A stretch of 64,000 nt of DNA from Crocinitomicaceae bacterium. GTDB taxonomy: Bacteria; Bacteroidota; Bacteroidia; Flavobacteriales_D; Crocinitomicaceae. Under the pieces are notes generated by a model that ran no database searches, had not been told where the DNA came from, and saw nothing but the letters and a program-made list of their open reading frames with translations. Location: NCBI GenBank assembly GCA_021738405.1, contig JAIPCC010000003.1, forward strand, positions 308 to 64,307, read 5' to 3'. A program made the translations under genes and the position numbers. Below, piece by piece: positions 9,552-19,061 of this stretch (the stretch's first letter is position 1; every line of letters begins with the position of its first letter).

Positions 9552-9761
9552 TTAGTGTTCGCCACAATGCACCACGTAGGTGGCGCCAAGGCTATCTGTA
9601 TAGGTTCCTAACTCTTCCAGATTATTCAAATCATCGCCACAATATGTGCCTAATTCAATCTCTCCAGAGGGCGCATCATAGTGGCATTCGGCACATTTAT
9701 TTTTGGCGCAAGAAACACTAAGTAAGCCCAAAATACTTACACTAAAAATTAATTTTTTCAT
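9552..9761 (-). CDS. Small Cys/His-rich lipoprotein with a CXXCH motif
   Basis: Signal plus lipobox-like LLSVSC. The mature ~50 aa contain CAECH, YCGDD and a C-terminal HCGEH, with an internal ELGTY duplication. Starts 5 nt after the TonB receptor stop. Confidence 0.5.
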   Translation of the reverse strand: MKKLIFSVSILGLLSVSCAKNKCAECHYDAPSGEIELGTYCGDDLNNLEELGTYTDSLGATYVVHCGEH

Positions 9762-9766
9762 GACAA

Positions 9767-12001
9767 TTATTTTTGATTTTGTTGTTCAACCTGGTACTTC
9801 AAACTGACATAAAAATGCCTTCCAGGACCTGGCATTCCGATGTTTTTCAAACGCGATAAATGATCAATGTAACTGCTGTTGGTCAGGTTGCGCACCCCAG
9901 TTTGGATCATCCAAGCCCCATTTTTTTCAAGGTGAAGGCGCGCGTTCAAGTGCAGGAGCTGATAGCTTTCACTGGTGGTTTCTTGAAAAGCGACACGCGT
10001 TTGAGCGGCCATCCATTGATAACTCAAGCTCACTTCTATTTTCTGAATTTTGCCCGAAAAATCCCAATGATATTGCAGTTCATTTTGCAGGCGAGTTGGG
10101 GGCAATAAGGAGATGGCGCTATCTTGTGGGCTCTTGAATTGAATGTAAGAAAACGAAGCTTCCCAATGCAAATGATGTAGCCAATGCGGATGATAGTGCG
10201 CACTAACATCTAAGCCATACAAGCGGCCTAAATCGAGCTGCTCGTAGGTGAATACAGGTATGCCATCTACACTTGTTCCGTTGGGCTGAATATAAATGTA
10301 GTCTTGCACCCATGCATGATACGGATTGACACTCAAACTGCCGTGCTCAGTACTGACTGTACTCATCCAGTCGAGTTGCAGACTGCGTTCCGGAACTAAA
10401 GAAGTATCGCCTATTTCATAGCGCAGCGCACCATGATGAAAACCATCGGCAAGCAATTCACTTAGATGTGGCGCTCGAAAGCCGGTCGAAAGATTAAAGC
10501 GGTTTTGCAAAACCGAATGAGGCTGCCAACTCCAACCCAGAGATACATTAGGGCTCGCGTAGAATCTTGAAAGCGGATTCAACGCTGTTTGCGTCTGAAT
10601 CCAACGCAGGTCTTGTCTGAATCCAACTTGCAAGAGCTGTTTGTTGGTAAGCTCAATTTTATACAAGCCAAAAACGCCTTGATCCAATGTTCTGGCATTA
10701 GGCAAGAGTTCATCTTCGGCTAAAGGTGAGTTGAGATTCAGTTGGAGCATGCCGGCAGCACCTACGATGAGTTGTTGCTTGGTCCATTTTCGGGTCCATT
10801 TGGCTTGGTAAATCGTATTCAAGAGGTCCATTTCCATGAAAGGCTTGGTCACTTTTTCGTCGTATTCAACCAAACGGTTGTGTGTTTGACCAACTAGCAA
10901 CTGAAGATCTTGACCATTCCAAAAGCGCTTGAATTCATAGCTGAGCAATTGGTTGGTGAAAAATTGTGCGGGCAAAGAATAGCGCCTGCCTTGAATGGGC
11001 ACTTGAAAACTGAGGGGTGTAATGAGCGTATCGTGGCTATGCCCCGGAATGCCTGCCACCGTATTGTTGTAAGCGTAACGCAAGACGTGCATTTGATTGG
11101 GCTTGAACCATGAGTACGCTGCCTTACCCACCCATTCATGAAAGCGAGAATTCTTCGCATAAAGACCATTAGGAAGCTGAAAATCAGCATGATTTGCATA
11201 ACTACCCGCAAGCAGTAAACGCTTGTTGCCCGCACTCTTTTTGTACAAAAGACTAGAAGTGCTTCCTGTCGTGTTCTGATTGAATTTTTGCTGTACACTG
11301 AGTGCCTGCGTACCCACCTGCGCATAAGGTTCATCGACTAAATAAATGACGCCACCTAAAGCATCAGCTCCATACAAAACAGAAGCCGGCCCCTTAATGA
11401 CCTCCGCTGAACCCAAAGCGAGTTCACCGATACCCAAACCGTGGTCTCCACCCCACTGCTGCCCCTCGAGGCGCAAACCGTTCACTAGCGTCACAACGCG
11501 CATACCTTGCATGCCGCGGATCACGGGTTTAGCGATGCCATTTCCCAATGAACTCACGTAAACACCAGGTATTTTGGTCAATAATTCAGAGACGTGCATG
11601 CCGCCAGAAAGCTGTAGATCCTTGATGCTGCGCACCTCGATAGGCACTGTATTTTTTTGGCGCAAAGACAGCTGCTGCCCACTTACCGTCACCTCTTCGG
11701 TGGTCATGTGCCCGAGAAGCAATCCAAAAGCTAAGCTAGGTCCTGTGCCTGCCACCATTGTGTCCAGCACTTGGTAATCAGGATGTCTCAAGCGCAAAAC
11801 TTGTTGCTCAGACCACGTAAAAGGAAAAATAAAAACGCCATTGGCATCTGTACTGACTTGTATTTGAAAAGCCGGTACAGCAATCAAGACATTTTGAATA
11901 GGTTGATTGGTTTGTGCATCGCGCACCAAACCTTTGATTCCCTGCTGAGCAAGGAGGGGAAAGCTATACAATATAGCCACCCAATAAAGAAAGTTTTTCA
12001 T
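9767..12001 (-). CDS. TonB-dependent receptor with CarboxypepD_reg N-terminal domain
   Basis: Signal peptide, GLVRDAQTNQPIQNVLIAV...DANGVFIF regulatory-like domain, plug domain (PVIRGMQGMRVVTLVNGLRLE, IKGPASVLYGADALGGVIYL) and a long beta-barrel region. Confidence 0.9.
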   Translation of the reverse strand: MKNFLYWVAILYSFPLLAQQGIKGLVRDAQTNQPIQNVLIAVPAFQIQVSTDANGVFIFPFTWSEQQVLRLRHPDYQVLDTMVAGTGPSLAFGLLLGHMTTEEVTVSGQQLSLRQKNTVPIEVRSIKDLQLSGGMHVSELLTKIPGVYVSSLGNGIAKPVIRGMQGMRVVTLVNGLRLEGQQWGGDHGLGIGELALGSAEVIKGPASVLYGADALGGVIYLVDEPYAQVGTQALSVQQKFNQNTTGSTSSLLYKKSAGNKRLLLAGSYANHADFQLPNGLYAKNSRFHEWVGKAAYSWFKPNQMHVLRYAYNNTVAGIPGHSHDTLITPLSFQVPIQGRRYSLPAQFFTNQLLSYEFKRFWNGQDLQLLVGQTHNRLVEYDEKVTKPFMEMDLLNTIYQAKWTRKWTKQQLIVGAAGMLQLNLNSPLAEDELLPNARTLDQGVFGLYKIELTNKQLLQVGFRQDLRWIQTQTALNPLSRFYASPNVSLGWSWQPHSVLQNRFNLSTGFRAPHLSELLADGFHHGALRYEIGDTSLVPERSLQLDWMSTVSTEHGSLSVNPYHAWVQDYIYIQPNGTSVDGIPVFTYEQLDLGRLYGLDVSAHYHPHWLHHLHWEASFSYIQFKSPQDSAISLLPPTRLQNELQYHWDFSGKIQKIEVSLSYQWMAAQTRVAFQETTSESYQLLHLNARLHLEKNGAWMIQTGVRNLTNSSYIDHLSRLKNIGMPGPGRHFYVSLKYQVEQQNQK

Positions 12002-12034
12002 GTCATTTCAGGATCTTAAGTGTGCATTCAAATG

Positions 12035-12334
12035 TTAAACATGAGATGCAGGCGGAGCCCGAAGCTGAAATAAGTTGAATTTTGTTTGAGATAGCCCTGC
12101 ACAGTTCATTTGACCATGAACAAATGGAACTTGCTTTACGCATCTAAAGACAAGTGCCGTAGGGCTGGTAAAAACGCTCAAAGAGAGGTCGCAAACTGGG
12201 CAATCTTCGTCTATCGTTTGCTCGTGAGTAAGGGTAGATTTTTTGTGCTCGGCATGGCTACAATGATGCCACCACTGCTTGGGTGTGAGCACCAATGTAA
12301 AGCAAACCAATAAAAAAATACTAAATCCTTTCAC
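12035..12334 (-). CDS. Small membrane-anchored His/Cys-rich hypothetical protein
   Basis: GTG start, an N-terminal hydrophobic helix, then WWHHCSHAEH and DCPVCD motifs. Lies 33 nt upstream of the TonB receptor gene. Confidence 0.45.
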   Translation of the reverse strand: MKGFSIFLLVCFTLVLTPKQWWHHCSHAEHKKSTLTHEQTIDEDCPVCDLSLSVFTSPTALVFRCVKQVPFVHGQMNCAGLSQTKFNLFQLRAPPASHV

Positions 12335-12378
12335 GAGGTAAAATTAAGTAAAATCCTTTCACGAGGTAAAATTAAGTA
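12323..12378. repeat. Perfect 28-bp tandem duplication (2 copies) AAATCCTTTCACGAGGTAAAATTAAGTA
   Basis: 12323-12350 and 12351-12378 are identical when read directly. Copy 1 contains the GTG start and first codons of the 12035-12334 ORF. Confidence 0.95.
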
Positions 12379-12412
12379 TTTAGCGCGTGTATGATGATAA
12401 AAATAGCTAATG

Positions 12413-13366
12413 CTAGAGCAAAGCTTCTATGATGGCATCCATGCTGTAGCCTTCTGCCTCAGCGCGGTAATTGCGCACCAAACGGTGGCGTAGAATAGCT
12501 TTGGCTACCGCTTTCACGTCTTCGATATCCGGAGAATACTTGCCGTGTAAGGCAGCGTGGCATTTAGCGGCAATCACCAAGTTTTGAGAGGCGCGCGGCC
12601 CTGCTCCCCACGTGATGAAATCTTTAGTGATTTGAGGCGCTAACGGATCTTTGAGACGGGTTTTGGCGACTAAGGTTACCGCGTACTCAAGGACGTTCTC
12701 TGCAACCGGTATACGGCGAATGAGCGCTTGGTAATCGATGATTTGCTGCGCATTGAGGACCGTTTGTAGTTCCACAACTTGATCTGAAGTGCTGGATTTC
12801 ACGATCGCGAGTTCTTCCTGATAAGACGGGTAGTCTACCCAGATGTTGAACATAAAGCGGTCGAGCTGCGCTTCTGGTAGCGGATACGTACCCTCTTGTT
12901 CGATAGGGTTTTGAGTTGCCAAAACAAAAAATGGCGCGTCTAGTTTGTAGGTTGTGCCGGCAGCCGTAACAGCGCGCTCTTGCATGGCTTCAAGCAAAGC
13001 AGCTTGGGTTTTGGGAGGCGTACGGTTGATTTCATCGGCTAAGATCATGTTGGAAAAGATCGGGCCTTTGATGAACTTGAACTGCTTGGTTTCGTCTAGG
13101 ATTTCAGAACCAACGATATCCGAAGGCATGAGGTCGGGGGTGAACTGAATGCGGTTGAAAGACAAACCTAGGGTTCTGGCGATGGTGTTGACCAATAAAG
13201 TTTTGGCCAAACCAGGCACCCCCACTAGCAAGCAATGCGAGCGCGAGAAAATGGCAATTAGGACTTGGTCAACGACGTCGTCTTGGCCAATAATTACTTG
13301 GTGAATCTCTTTTTTTAAGGCCTGATAATCAATAACTAATTGATCAATTCTGTCTTTATCTGTCAT
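12413..13366 (-). CDS. MoxR-family AAA+ ATPase
   Basis: Walker A GVPGLAKT, Walker B ILADEINR and a MoxR-type C-terminal lid (GAGPRASQNL). Confidence 0.9.
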   Translation of the reverse strand: MTDKDRIDQLVIDYQALKKEIHQVIIGQDDVVDQVLIAIFSRSHCLLVGVPGLAKTLLVNTIARTLGLSFNRIQFTPDLMPSDIVGSEILDETKQFKFIKGPIFSNMILADEINRTPPKTQAALLEAMQERAVTAAGTTYKLDAPFFVLATQNPIEQEGTYPLPEAQLDRFMFNIWVDYPSYQEELAIVKSSTSDQVVELQTVLNAQQIIDYQALIRRIPVAENVLEYAVTLVAKTRLKDPLAPQITKDFITWGAGPRASQNLVIAAKCHAALHGKYSPDIEDVKAVAKAILRHRLVRNYRAEAEGYSMDAIIEALL

Positions 13367-13372
13367 GGGAAA

Positions 13373-14725
13373 TCAAGGAGTTTTGAGCCAATTGACACGG
13401 AAATCACAATCTTGAAATTGTGGATCGAGTCTGATGTAGGCATTTGGAATCTTGGCAGCTGTCCATTCGTCGAGTATGCGCTGTTTTTTGTCGTTCTCGG
13501 CGGCAAGTTTGATCAAGGCGTAGTCTTGCTCTAAGTTGGCTTGGTGAGCCGGCACGCGATTTTGTAGCCTTACCATGCGGATACCTTGCTTTCTTTCAAA
13601 GAGATCCATGTAAAGCGAAGGTTGCGATACACCACCGCTTTCGAGCGCGTCGGTGAGTAAATAGATTTGTTGATCAATTTCGTTGAGTTGCTCCATGTCC
13701 CAGTAGATGTCCATGGTGTAGGGATTGGTCAGGACGCCTTTGTTTTGCTTGGTAGCGTCGTCATTGGAATAACGAAGGACGGCTTCATCCCAGGTGATGC
13801 CATTGCGGGTGAGTAATTGATAACAGCTATCCATGCGCGCAGAAGCCACAGAAATACTAGATGAGCTGTATTCTGGCATGATGAGGATGTGCAAGCAATT
13901 GTAGTCGTCACCTTTGCGAGACACCAACTTGATGATGTGGTAACCGTACATGGTTTCGACAATATCTGATACTTCTCCGGGTTTGAGGTCAAAAACAGTA
14001 GCCTCAAACTGTGGTACCATCATGCCTTTAGATGCGGCAATTTTACCACCTTGACTCGCTGACCCTGGGTCCATGGATTTGAGACGCGCCATGGTTTCGA
14101 AGGGCTTGCTACCACTCACAATTTGCTTGCGGATGTCTACAAGTTGGTCGTAGGCGATTTTTTTGTCGGCTGGGGTGAGCTCCGGAAACTGAACAATTTG
14201 CTGAAAACTCAGCTTCATGTTGATGAACGGGATGCTGTCTTTGGGAAGTTGGGCATAGAATGCCGCTACTTCTTTGGGTGTAACGGAGATGTCGCCGGTA
14301 ATTTTGCGCTCCATTTCTTGGGCAAGCATTTTGTTGCGAATAATAGTTCTGAATTCTTCTTTGATGGCAATTGTGGATTTGCCATAGAATTCTTCGAGGT
14401 TTTCTCGGCCGCCCATTTTGTTTTCCATGATGCGCAAGCGGTTCTCCATTTCGGCATCGACTTGTTCGTCTGAAATGACAAGGCTATCGATGAGCGCTTG
14501 ATTCACGAGTAGCTCTTCCAGTAAGAGTTGCTCTAAGATCTGACACTCTTTTCCGTTGAGTGCGCGCTCTTTTTCTGTGAGCTGCAAGCGCTGGGTTTCG
14601 ATATCGGACCAAAGAATAATGTTGTCGCCAACTTGGGCCACAATTTGGTTCACTAACTTTTGCGCCTGCAATTGGCCCAGAAGTAAAAATTGAAAACTGA
14701 GTAAGAATATGGTTTTATAGTTCAT
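13373..14725 (-). CDS. Peptidylprolyl isomerase, SurA-like periplasmic chaperone
   Basis: Signal peptide, SurA-like N-domain and a parvulin domain (MYGYHIIKLVSRK). Confidence 0.8.
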   Translation of the reverse strand: MNYKTIFLLSFQFLLLGQLQAQKLVNQIVAQVGDNIILWSDIETQRLQLTEKERALNGKECQILEQLLLEELLVNQALIDSLVISDEQVDAEMENRLRIMENKMGGRENLEEFYGKSTIAIKEEFRTIIRNKMLAQEMERKITGDISVTPKEVAAFYAQLPKDSIPFINMKLSFQQIVQFPELTPADKKIAYDQLVDIRKQIVSGSKPFETMARLKSMDPGSASQGGKIAASKGMMVPQFEATVFDLKPGEVSDIVETMYGYHIIKLVSRKGDDYNCLHILIMPEYSSSSISVASARMDSCYQLLTRNGITWDEAVLRYSNDDATKQNKGVLTNPYTMDIYWDMEQLNEIDQQIYLLTDALESGGVSQPSLYMDLFERKQGIRMVRLQNRVPAHQANLEQDYALIKLAAENDKKQRILDEWTAAKIPNAYIRLDPQFQDCDFRVNWLKTP

Positions 14726-16683
14726 TATTGGCCGATTTGATAAAGCACGTCTTCATTAATGACGATCTTATGCTTTGAACGTAACGCCTCTAACCATTTT
14801 TTCTCTAAATAAGTTTGGTAATCTGAAGTGGCCAATCCTTTTGCTTCGTTGTATTCTTTGGGTGCCGGAGGCAAAACAGCCGCTACTTTGACTACATACC
14901 ATTTGCCGTCCATGGAATAAACAGGATTGAGGCCCGGTGTGAAATTGCGTTGTTGCAAATAAGTAGTTTGGGCAATTTCAAATTTATTCATGCGCACCTT
15001 TAAGTTGAGCTCTGAATCTTTGTTGATGACGTCTAGAACCGCTTTTGAATTGATGGTATCTGACTGAACAAGCATGCCGTAAACTTGCACCGCAATGTGC
15101 TCGTCTTTACATTCGTACACTGTAGCGTCTAGGCGGTTGGTCCAGGCGTATTTGCCGCGGTTTTCCATGAAGAAAGCTCTTAAGCCTGCGGTGTCCTTGA
15201 CTGCTTTGTTCCAAACTTGGTCTTGCATGATTTCGTAAAGGATGATACCGTCGTGGTATTCCTGAACGAGCGCTTTGTAAGCCGGATATTTTGCAGGCAA
15301 GAGTCCTTCTTCGTAAGCTAAGATTTCGTTTTTCTCCCATTGTTGGTAAAGTTGCTTCACCACTACTGCTGGCGCGTCTTTGCGGACCGTGCGGTAGTTT
15401 TTGACGACATATTTCGCGAAATCTTGTTGCTTGAATTTTTTGCCATCCAATACAAATAGCGTTTTGTTTGACTTGAGTTTGTCTGCGGTCCATTTGCCTA
15501 CAAAATAAGTAGAGTCTAGGTTAGTTACAAACCACTCTAGACTTTTTTGACTTTTGTCTTGGTAGGCATATTGCGTGCGCAATTTTTGAACAAACGAGTC
15601 TTGTGTCACTTTCGAACGCTCGTCTTTGTTGACTTTTGCCTGTAGTTCGCGGCGCATGTTGTCATAAGACTTCACGGGAGTCCATTCGATGAGTTTGATG
15701 ATGTGGAAACCGTATTGCGTTTTGATTGGTTTGGAGAACTCCCCTACTTGCTTTAAAGCAAAAGCGGCGTCTTCGAATTCCAATACCATGCGCTGGCTGG
15801 TTCCGGATCCGAAAGCAGGTAACTCACCACCTTTTTTGATGCTGTTGGCATCTTCTGAATAGGCGTTGACCATTTTTTCCCAAGAAGAGCCCGCAGCGAG
15901 GCTGTCGTAGATTTCGTTGATTTTCTTTTCGGCGTTTTGGCGCGTTTCGGTTGTGGCTTCACGACCTGTGGAAATCATGAGGTGCGCAACTTTGATGGTA
16001 CCGCGCGCCGGGCGTTTGTCTGTGACTTTTAAAATGTGATAGCCAAAACGCGTTCTGAATGGTTCGCTGATGGTGCCAACGGTAGTGGTATAGGCCTTTT
16101 CTTCAAAAGGATAAACCATTTGAAAGGCGGTAAAGTAGCCGAGGTCTCCGCCGTTGTTGACAACTGAAGGATCTTCGGAACCGAGTTTAGATTTGGCCAC
16201 TGAAGCAAAATCTTCGCCTTTTTCGATGCGTGCTTTAAGGCCAAGCAAGCGATTGTAGGCCGCTAACGTGTCTTTAGGGCTTGCGTTCGGGTCTAGTTTG
16301 ATGAGGATGTGTGAACAACGCACTTCAGTTGCGGTGCGGTTGTAGGCCTCCTGAACCATGGCTTGGTTTTGAACGGAATCAATTAAGTAAGGCAAGGCCA
16401 ATTGTTTTTTGTAGCCCTCGAGTTCTTTTTGCAAGCGCGGAAGGGTGTCGTAACCCAACGCTTCGGCTTCAGCAACTTTGAGTTTAAACACCTCAAACAA
16501 TTGCATGTAGCGATCGAGCGAATCTTTGTCAAAACTCGGATTCGGATTGTTTTTGGTGTAAATCTGTAAAAATTCTGATTTGGTAACAGGCTTATTGTTG
16601 ATCGTCATGACGACAGGCTCCTTCTGAGCAAGAGCGAGGTTGGTCAAAAAGCCAAACAAGAATAATACAAGGGTCTTTTTCAT
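14725..16683 (-). CDS. Peptidylprolyl isomerase with two parvulin domains (PpiD/SurA-like)
   Basis: Signal peptide. Parvulin motifs CSHILIK...FGYHILKV and VAHLMIS...YGFHIIKL. The stop overlaps the next gene's start by 1 nt. Confidence 0.8.
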   Translation of the reverse strand: MKKTLVLFLFGFLTNLALAQKEPVVMTINNKPVTKSEFLQIYTKNNPNPSFDKDSLDRYMQLFEVFKLKVAEAEALGYDTLPRLQKELEGYKKQLALPYLIDSVQNQAMVQEAYNRTATEVRCSHILIKLDPNASPKDTLAAYNRLLGLKARIEKGEDFASVAKSKLGSEDPSVVNNGGDLGYFTAFQMVYPFEEKAYTTTVGTISEPFRTRFGYHILKVTDKRPARGTIKVAHLMISTGREATTETRQNAEKKINEIYDSLAAGSSWEKMVNAYSEDANSIKKGGELPAFGSGTSQRMVLEFEDAAFALKQVGEFSKPIKTQYGFHIIKLIEWTPVKSYDNMRRELQAKVNKDERSKVTQDSFVQKLRTQYAYQDKSQKSLEWFVTNLDSTYFVGKWTADKLKSNKTLFVLDGKKFKQQDFAKYVVKNYRTVRKDAPAVVVKQLYQQWEKNEILAYEEGLLPAKYPAYKALVQEYHDGIILYEIMQDQVWNKAVKDTAGLRAFFMENRGKYAWTNRLDATVYECKDEHIAVQVYGMLVQSDTINSKAVLDVINKDSELNLKVRMNKFEIAQTTYLQQRNFTPGLNPVYSMDGKWYVVKVAAVLPPAPKEYNEAKGLATSDYQTYLEKKWLEALRSKHKIVINEDVLYQIGQ

Positions 16684-16720
16684 TGGTTTTGATTAAAGCG
16701 GTTAAAGCTATGAATTTAAA

Positions 16721-18193
16721 TTACTTGATGCTATAGTTTGGTGCCTCACGGGTGATGGTGACGTCGTGTGGATGCGATTCGCGTACGCCCGCGGAGGTGA
16801 TGCGCACAAAGCGCGCGCCTTTGAGTTTGTCTATGTTTGGTGCACCGCAGTAGCCCATACCAGCGCGCAAGCCGCCGATGAGTTGGAACATGACTTCGAT
16901 GAGTTTACCGCGGTAAGGAACGCGACCTGAGATGCCTTCTGGCACTAATTTTTTGATGTCGTCTTCGGCATCTTGGAAATAGCGGTCTTTGCTGCCTTTT
17001 TGCATGGCCTCCAAAGAACCCATGCCGCGGTACGACTTGAATTTACGGCCTTCGTAGATGATGGTTTCGCCTGGCGATTCTTCAACGCCTGCAAACATAG
17101 AACCGAGCATCACGACGTCGGCACCAGCTGCAATAGCCTTCACGATGTCGCCGGTGTAGCGGATACCGCCATCGGCAATCACAGGAACGCCTGTGCCTTC
17201 AAGTGCTTTGGCCACCTCGTTAATGGCTGTGAGTTGTGGAACCCCAACACCTGCAATGACGCGAGTGGTGCAAATGGAACCTGGGCCAATACCGACTTTA
17301 ACGGCATCGGCGCCTGCGTCGGCAAGATATTTAGCTGCTTCTGCAGTAGCGATATTCCCCACCACAATTTGTAGTTCAGGGTAGACGGCCTTGACGGCTT
17401 TGAGTTGGTCTACCACGCCTTTTGTATGGCCGTGTGCGGTATCGATGACAATAGCGTCTACGCCAGCATCGACAAGTGCCGCCACGCGCTCCATGGTGTC
17501 AAAAGTAACGCCAACTGCTGCTGCCACGCGCAAACGCCCTAGTGAATCTTTGCAAGAATTCGGATGTTCTTTGACTTTGATGATGTCGCGGTAGGTAATC
17601 AGGCCAATTAGGCGGTTGTCTGCATCTACAACAGGTAGTTTTTCGATGCGGTTTTGCTGGAGAATAACCTCAGCAGTAGTGAGGTCAGTGCTTTCGCCAG
17701 TAGTAATGATGTGTTCGGAGGTCATGATTTCCCGAACCGGGCGCTCCATGTTCTTTTCGAAACGGAGGTCGCGGTTGGTGAGAATGCCTTTTAAAATGCG
17801 GTTGGCATCCACGACGGGAATACCACCAATGCTGTTTTCGCGCATGAGGGCGAGCGCATCTTTCACTACTGCATCTTCGGGAAGTGTAATTGGATCGATG
17901 ATCATGCCGCTTTCAGAGCGCTTGACCTTGCGCACCTCTAAAGCTTGCGCTTGGATACTCATGTTTTTGTGAATGACGCCGATTCCGCCTTGTTGGGCAA
18001 TAGAAACTGCTAAAGCAAACTCCGTGACGGTGTCCATGGCAGCAGAAACAATAGGCGTATTGACGGCTATTTGTTTGGTAAATTTGCTTTTCAAGGAGAC
18101 GTCGCGAGGGAGCACCTCTGAGTAGGCAGGCGCCAAAAGGACGTCGTCATAGGTTAAACCTTCAGTGATCTGGGATAGATTCGAGAGCGACAT
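16721..18193 (-). CDS. guaB: IMP dehydrogenase
   Basis: Full-length match to the IMPDH architecture, with a CBS pair insert, the catalytic loop [11 protein letters not shown] and [12 protein letters not shown]. Confidence 0.95.
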   Translation of the reverse strand: MSLSNLSQITEGLTYDDVLLAPAYSEVLPRDVSLKSKFTKQIAVNTPIVSAAMDTVTEFALAVSIAQQGGIGVIHKNMSIQAQALEVRKVKRSESGMIIDPITLPEDAVVKDALALMRENSIGGIPVVDANRILKGILTNRDLRFEKNMERPVREIMTSEHIITTGESTDLTTAEVILQQNRIEKLPVVDADNRLIGLITYRDIIKVKEHPNSCKDSLGRLRVAAAVGVTFDTMERVAALVDAGVDAIVIDTAHGHTKGVVDQLKAVKAVYPELQIVVGNIATAEAAKYLADAGADAVKVGIGPGSICTTRVIAGVGVPQLTAINEVAKALEGTGVPVIADGGIRYTGDIVKAIAAGADVVMLGSMFAGVEESPGETIIYEGRKFKSYRGMGSLEAMQKGSKDRYFQDAEDDIKKLVPEGISGRVPYRGKLIEVMFQLIGGLRAGMGYCGAPNIDKLKGARFVRITSAGVRESHPHDVTITREAPNYSIK

Positions 18194-18218
18194 GAACTTA
18201 TTTTTTAATAAATTCCTG

Positions 18219-18226
18219 CAAATTTA
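18219..18226 (-). promoter_or_regulatory. -7 promoter box TAAATTTG for guaB
   Basis: The plus strand reads CAAATTTA, the reverse complement of TAnnTTTG, 25 nt upstream of the guaB ATG at 18193. Confidence 0.45.
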
Positions 18227-18293
18227 ACAATAAAATTTGCCATTCGGTTACCTAAGTAGCTTTGATTCGTCATGTTATTCGTAAATTTATCAT

Positions 18294-18917
18294 GTGAAAC
18301 AAGCAATCTTTATTTTTTCTCTCTTTTTTTCTGCTACATCTTTGTTTGCACAAGGTTCAGAAAAGACACTCATTCAATTATCTGGCGTAGTGGTCACTGA
18401 AGAGGCCTACGAACTCCCCTACACCACCGTTTACAACAAAACGCTCAACAAAGGCGTCATTTCAGATGGTTACGGTTTCTTTTCTATCGTCTGCCAACCT
18501 GGCGATACCCTCTACTTTTCCAGAAAAGGATACAGCACTAGCCCATTTTGGGTTCCTGACACCCTTAACGACAACCGCTACAGCGTCATCCACATGCTCA
18601 CCCGAGACACCCTCACCATGCCAGAAGTTCGGGTTTATCCTTGGCCCAACAAAGAAGCCTTTGCCCAACATTTTGTCAATATGAACCCCTACGAAGACGA
18701 CATCCGCCGCGCCCAACGCGAACTCAGCGGCGAATCACTCGCTTTTGTAGCCGCACGCCTAGACGCCGACGCATCTTTAGCTTATGGCGCGCTCACCAAA
18801 CAACAAAATACCAAAATTTACACCAACGGCCAGTTGCCCCAAAACAATCTCCTCAACCCTTATGCATGGTCAAAGCTGATCCAGGACTGGAAAGCTGGGA
18901 ATTTGGGAAGGCAGTAG
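18294..18917 (+). CDS. Carboxypeptidase-regulatory-like domain protein (hypothetical)
   Basis: GTG start, signal peptide and LSGVVVTEE...GVISDGYGFFSI, typical of CarboxypepD_reg-like domains. Confidence 0.5.
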   Translation: MKQAIFIFSLFFSATSLFAQGSEKTLIQLSGVVVTEEAYELPYTTVYNKTLNKGVISDGYGFFSIVCQPGDTLYFSRKGYSTSPFWVPDTLNDNRYSVIHMLTRDTLTMPEVRVYPWPNKEAFAQHFVNMNPYEDDIRRAQRELSGESLAFVAARLDADASLAYGALTKQQNTKIYTNGQLPQNNLLNPYAWSKLIQDWKAGNLGRQ

Positions 18918-19061
18918 GATTGATTCTTCGAAGGTTGTTTAATAAGTTCAATCTGTTAAATTCTAACGAATTGAAATCTTTGATTTTGAGCATTTTAAAT
19001 ATTTGAATTTTTTACAACGGCACTGGTAAAAAATTGGTTGATGTGAAACAGAAAAATTAAA

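Noticed and set aside
9448-9567. N-terminal extensions offered by the ORF track (TPR gene to 9567; also 27261, 37931, 41910, 52592, 53172 and 55724).
   Set aside because: Each extension overlaps the preceding gene, has a non-protein-like sequence, and has an internal ATG that begins the recognisable protein (often an ATGA overlap). I used the shorter starts.
12323-12378. The tandem 28-mer as a possible minimal CRISPR array.
   Set aside because: There are only two copies, directly abutting with no spacer, and no cas genes in the window. It is a simple tandem duplication.
12413-13366. MoxR ATPase as the seed of a Bat/VWA or defence-type system.
   Set aside because: There is no DUF58, VWA or other partner gene adjacent. 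It sits at the end of the SurA-like PPIase operon and looks like an ordinary housekeeping chaperone-type gene.
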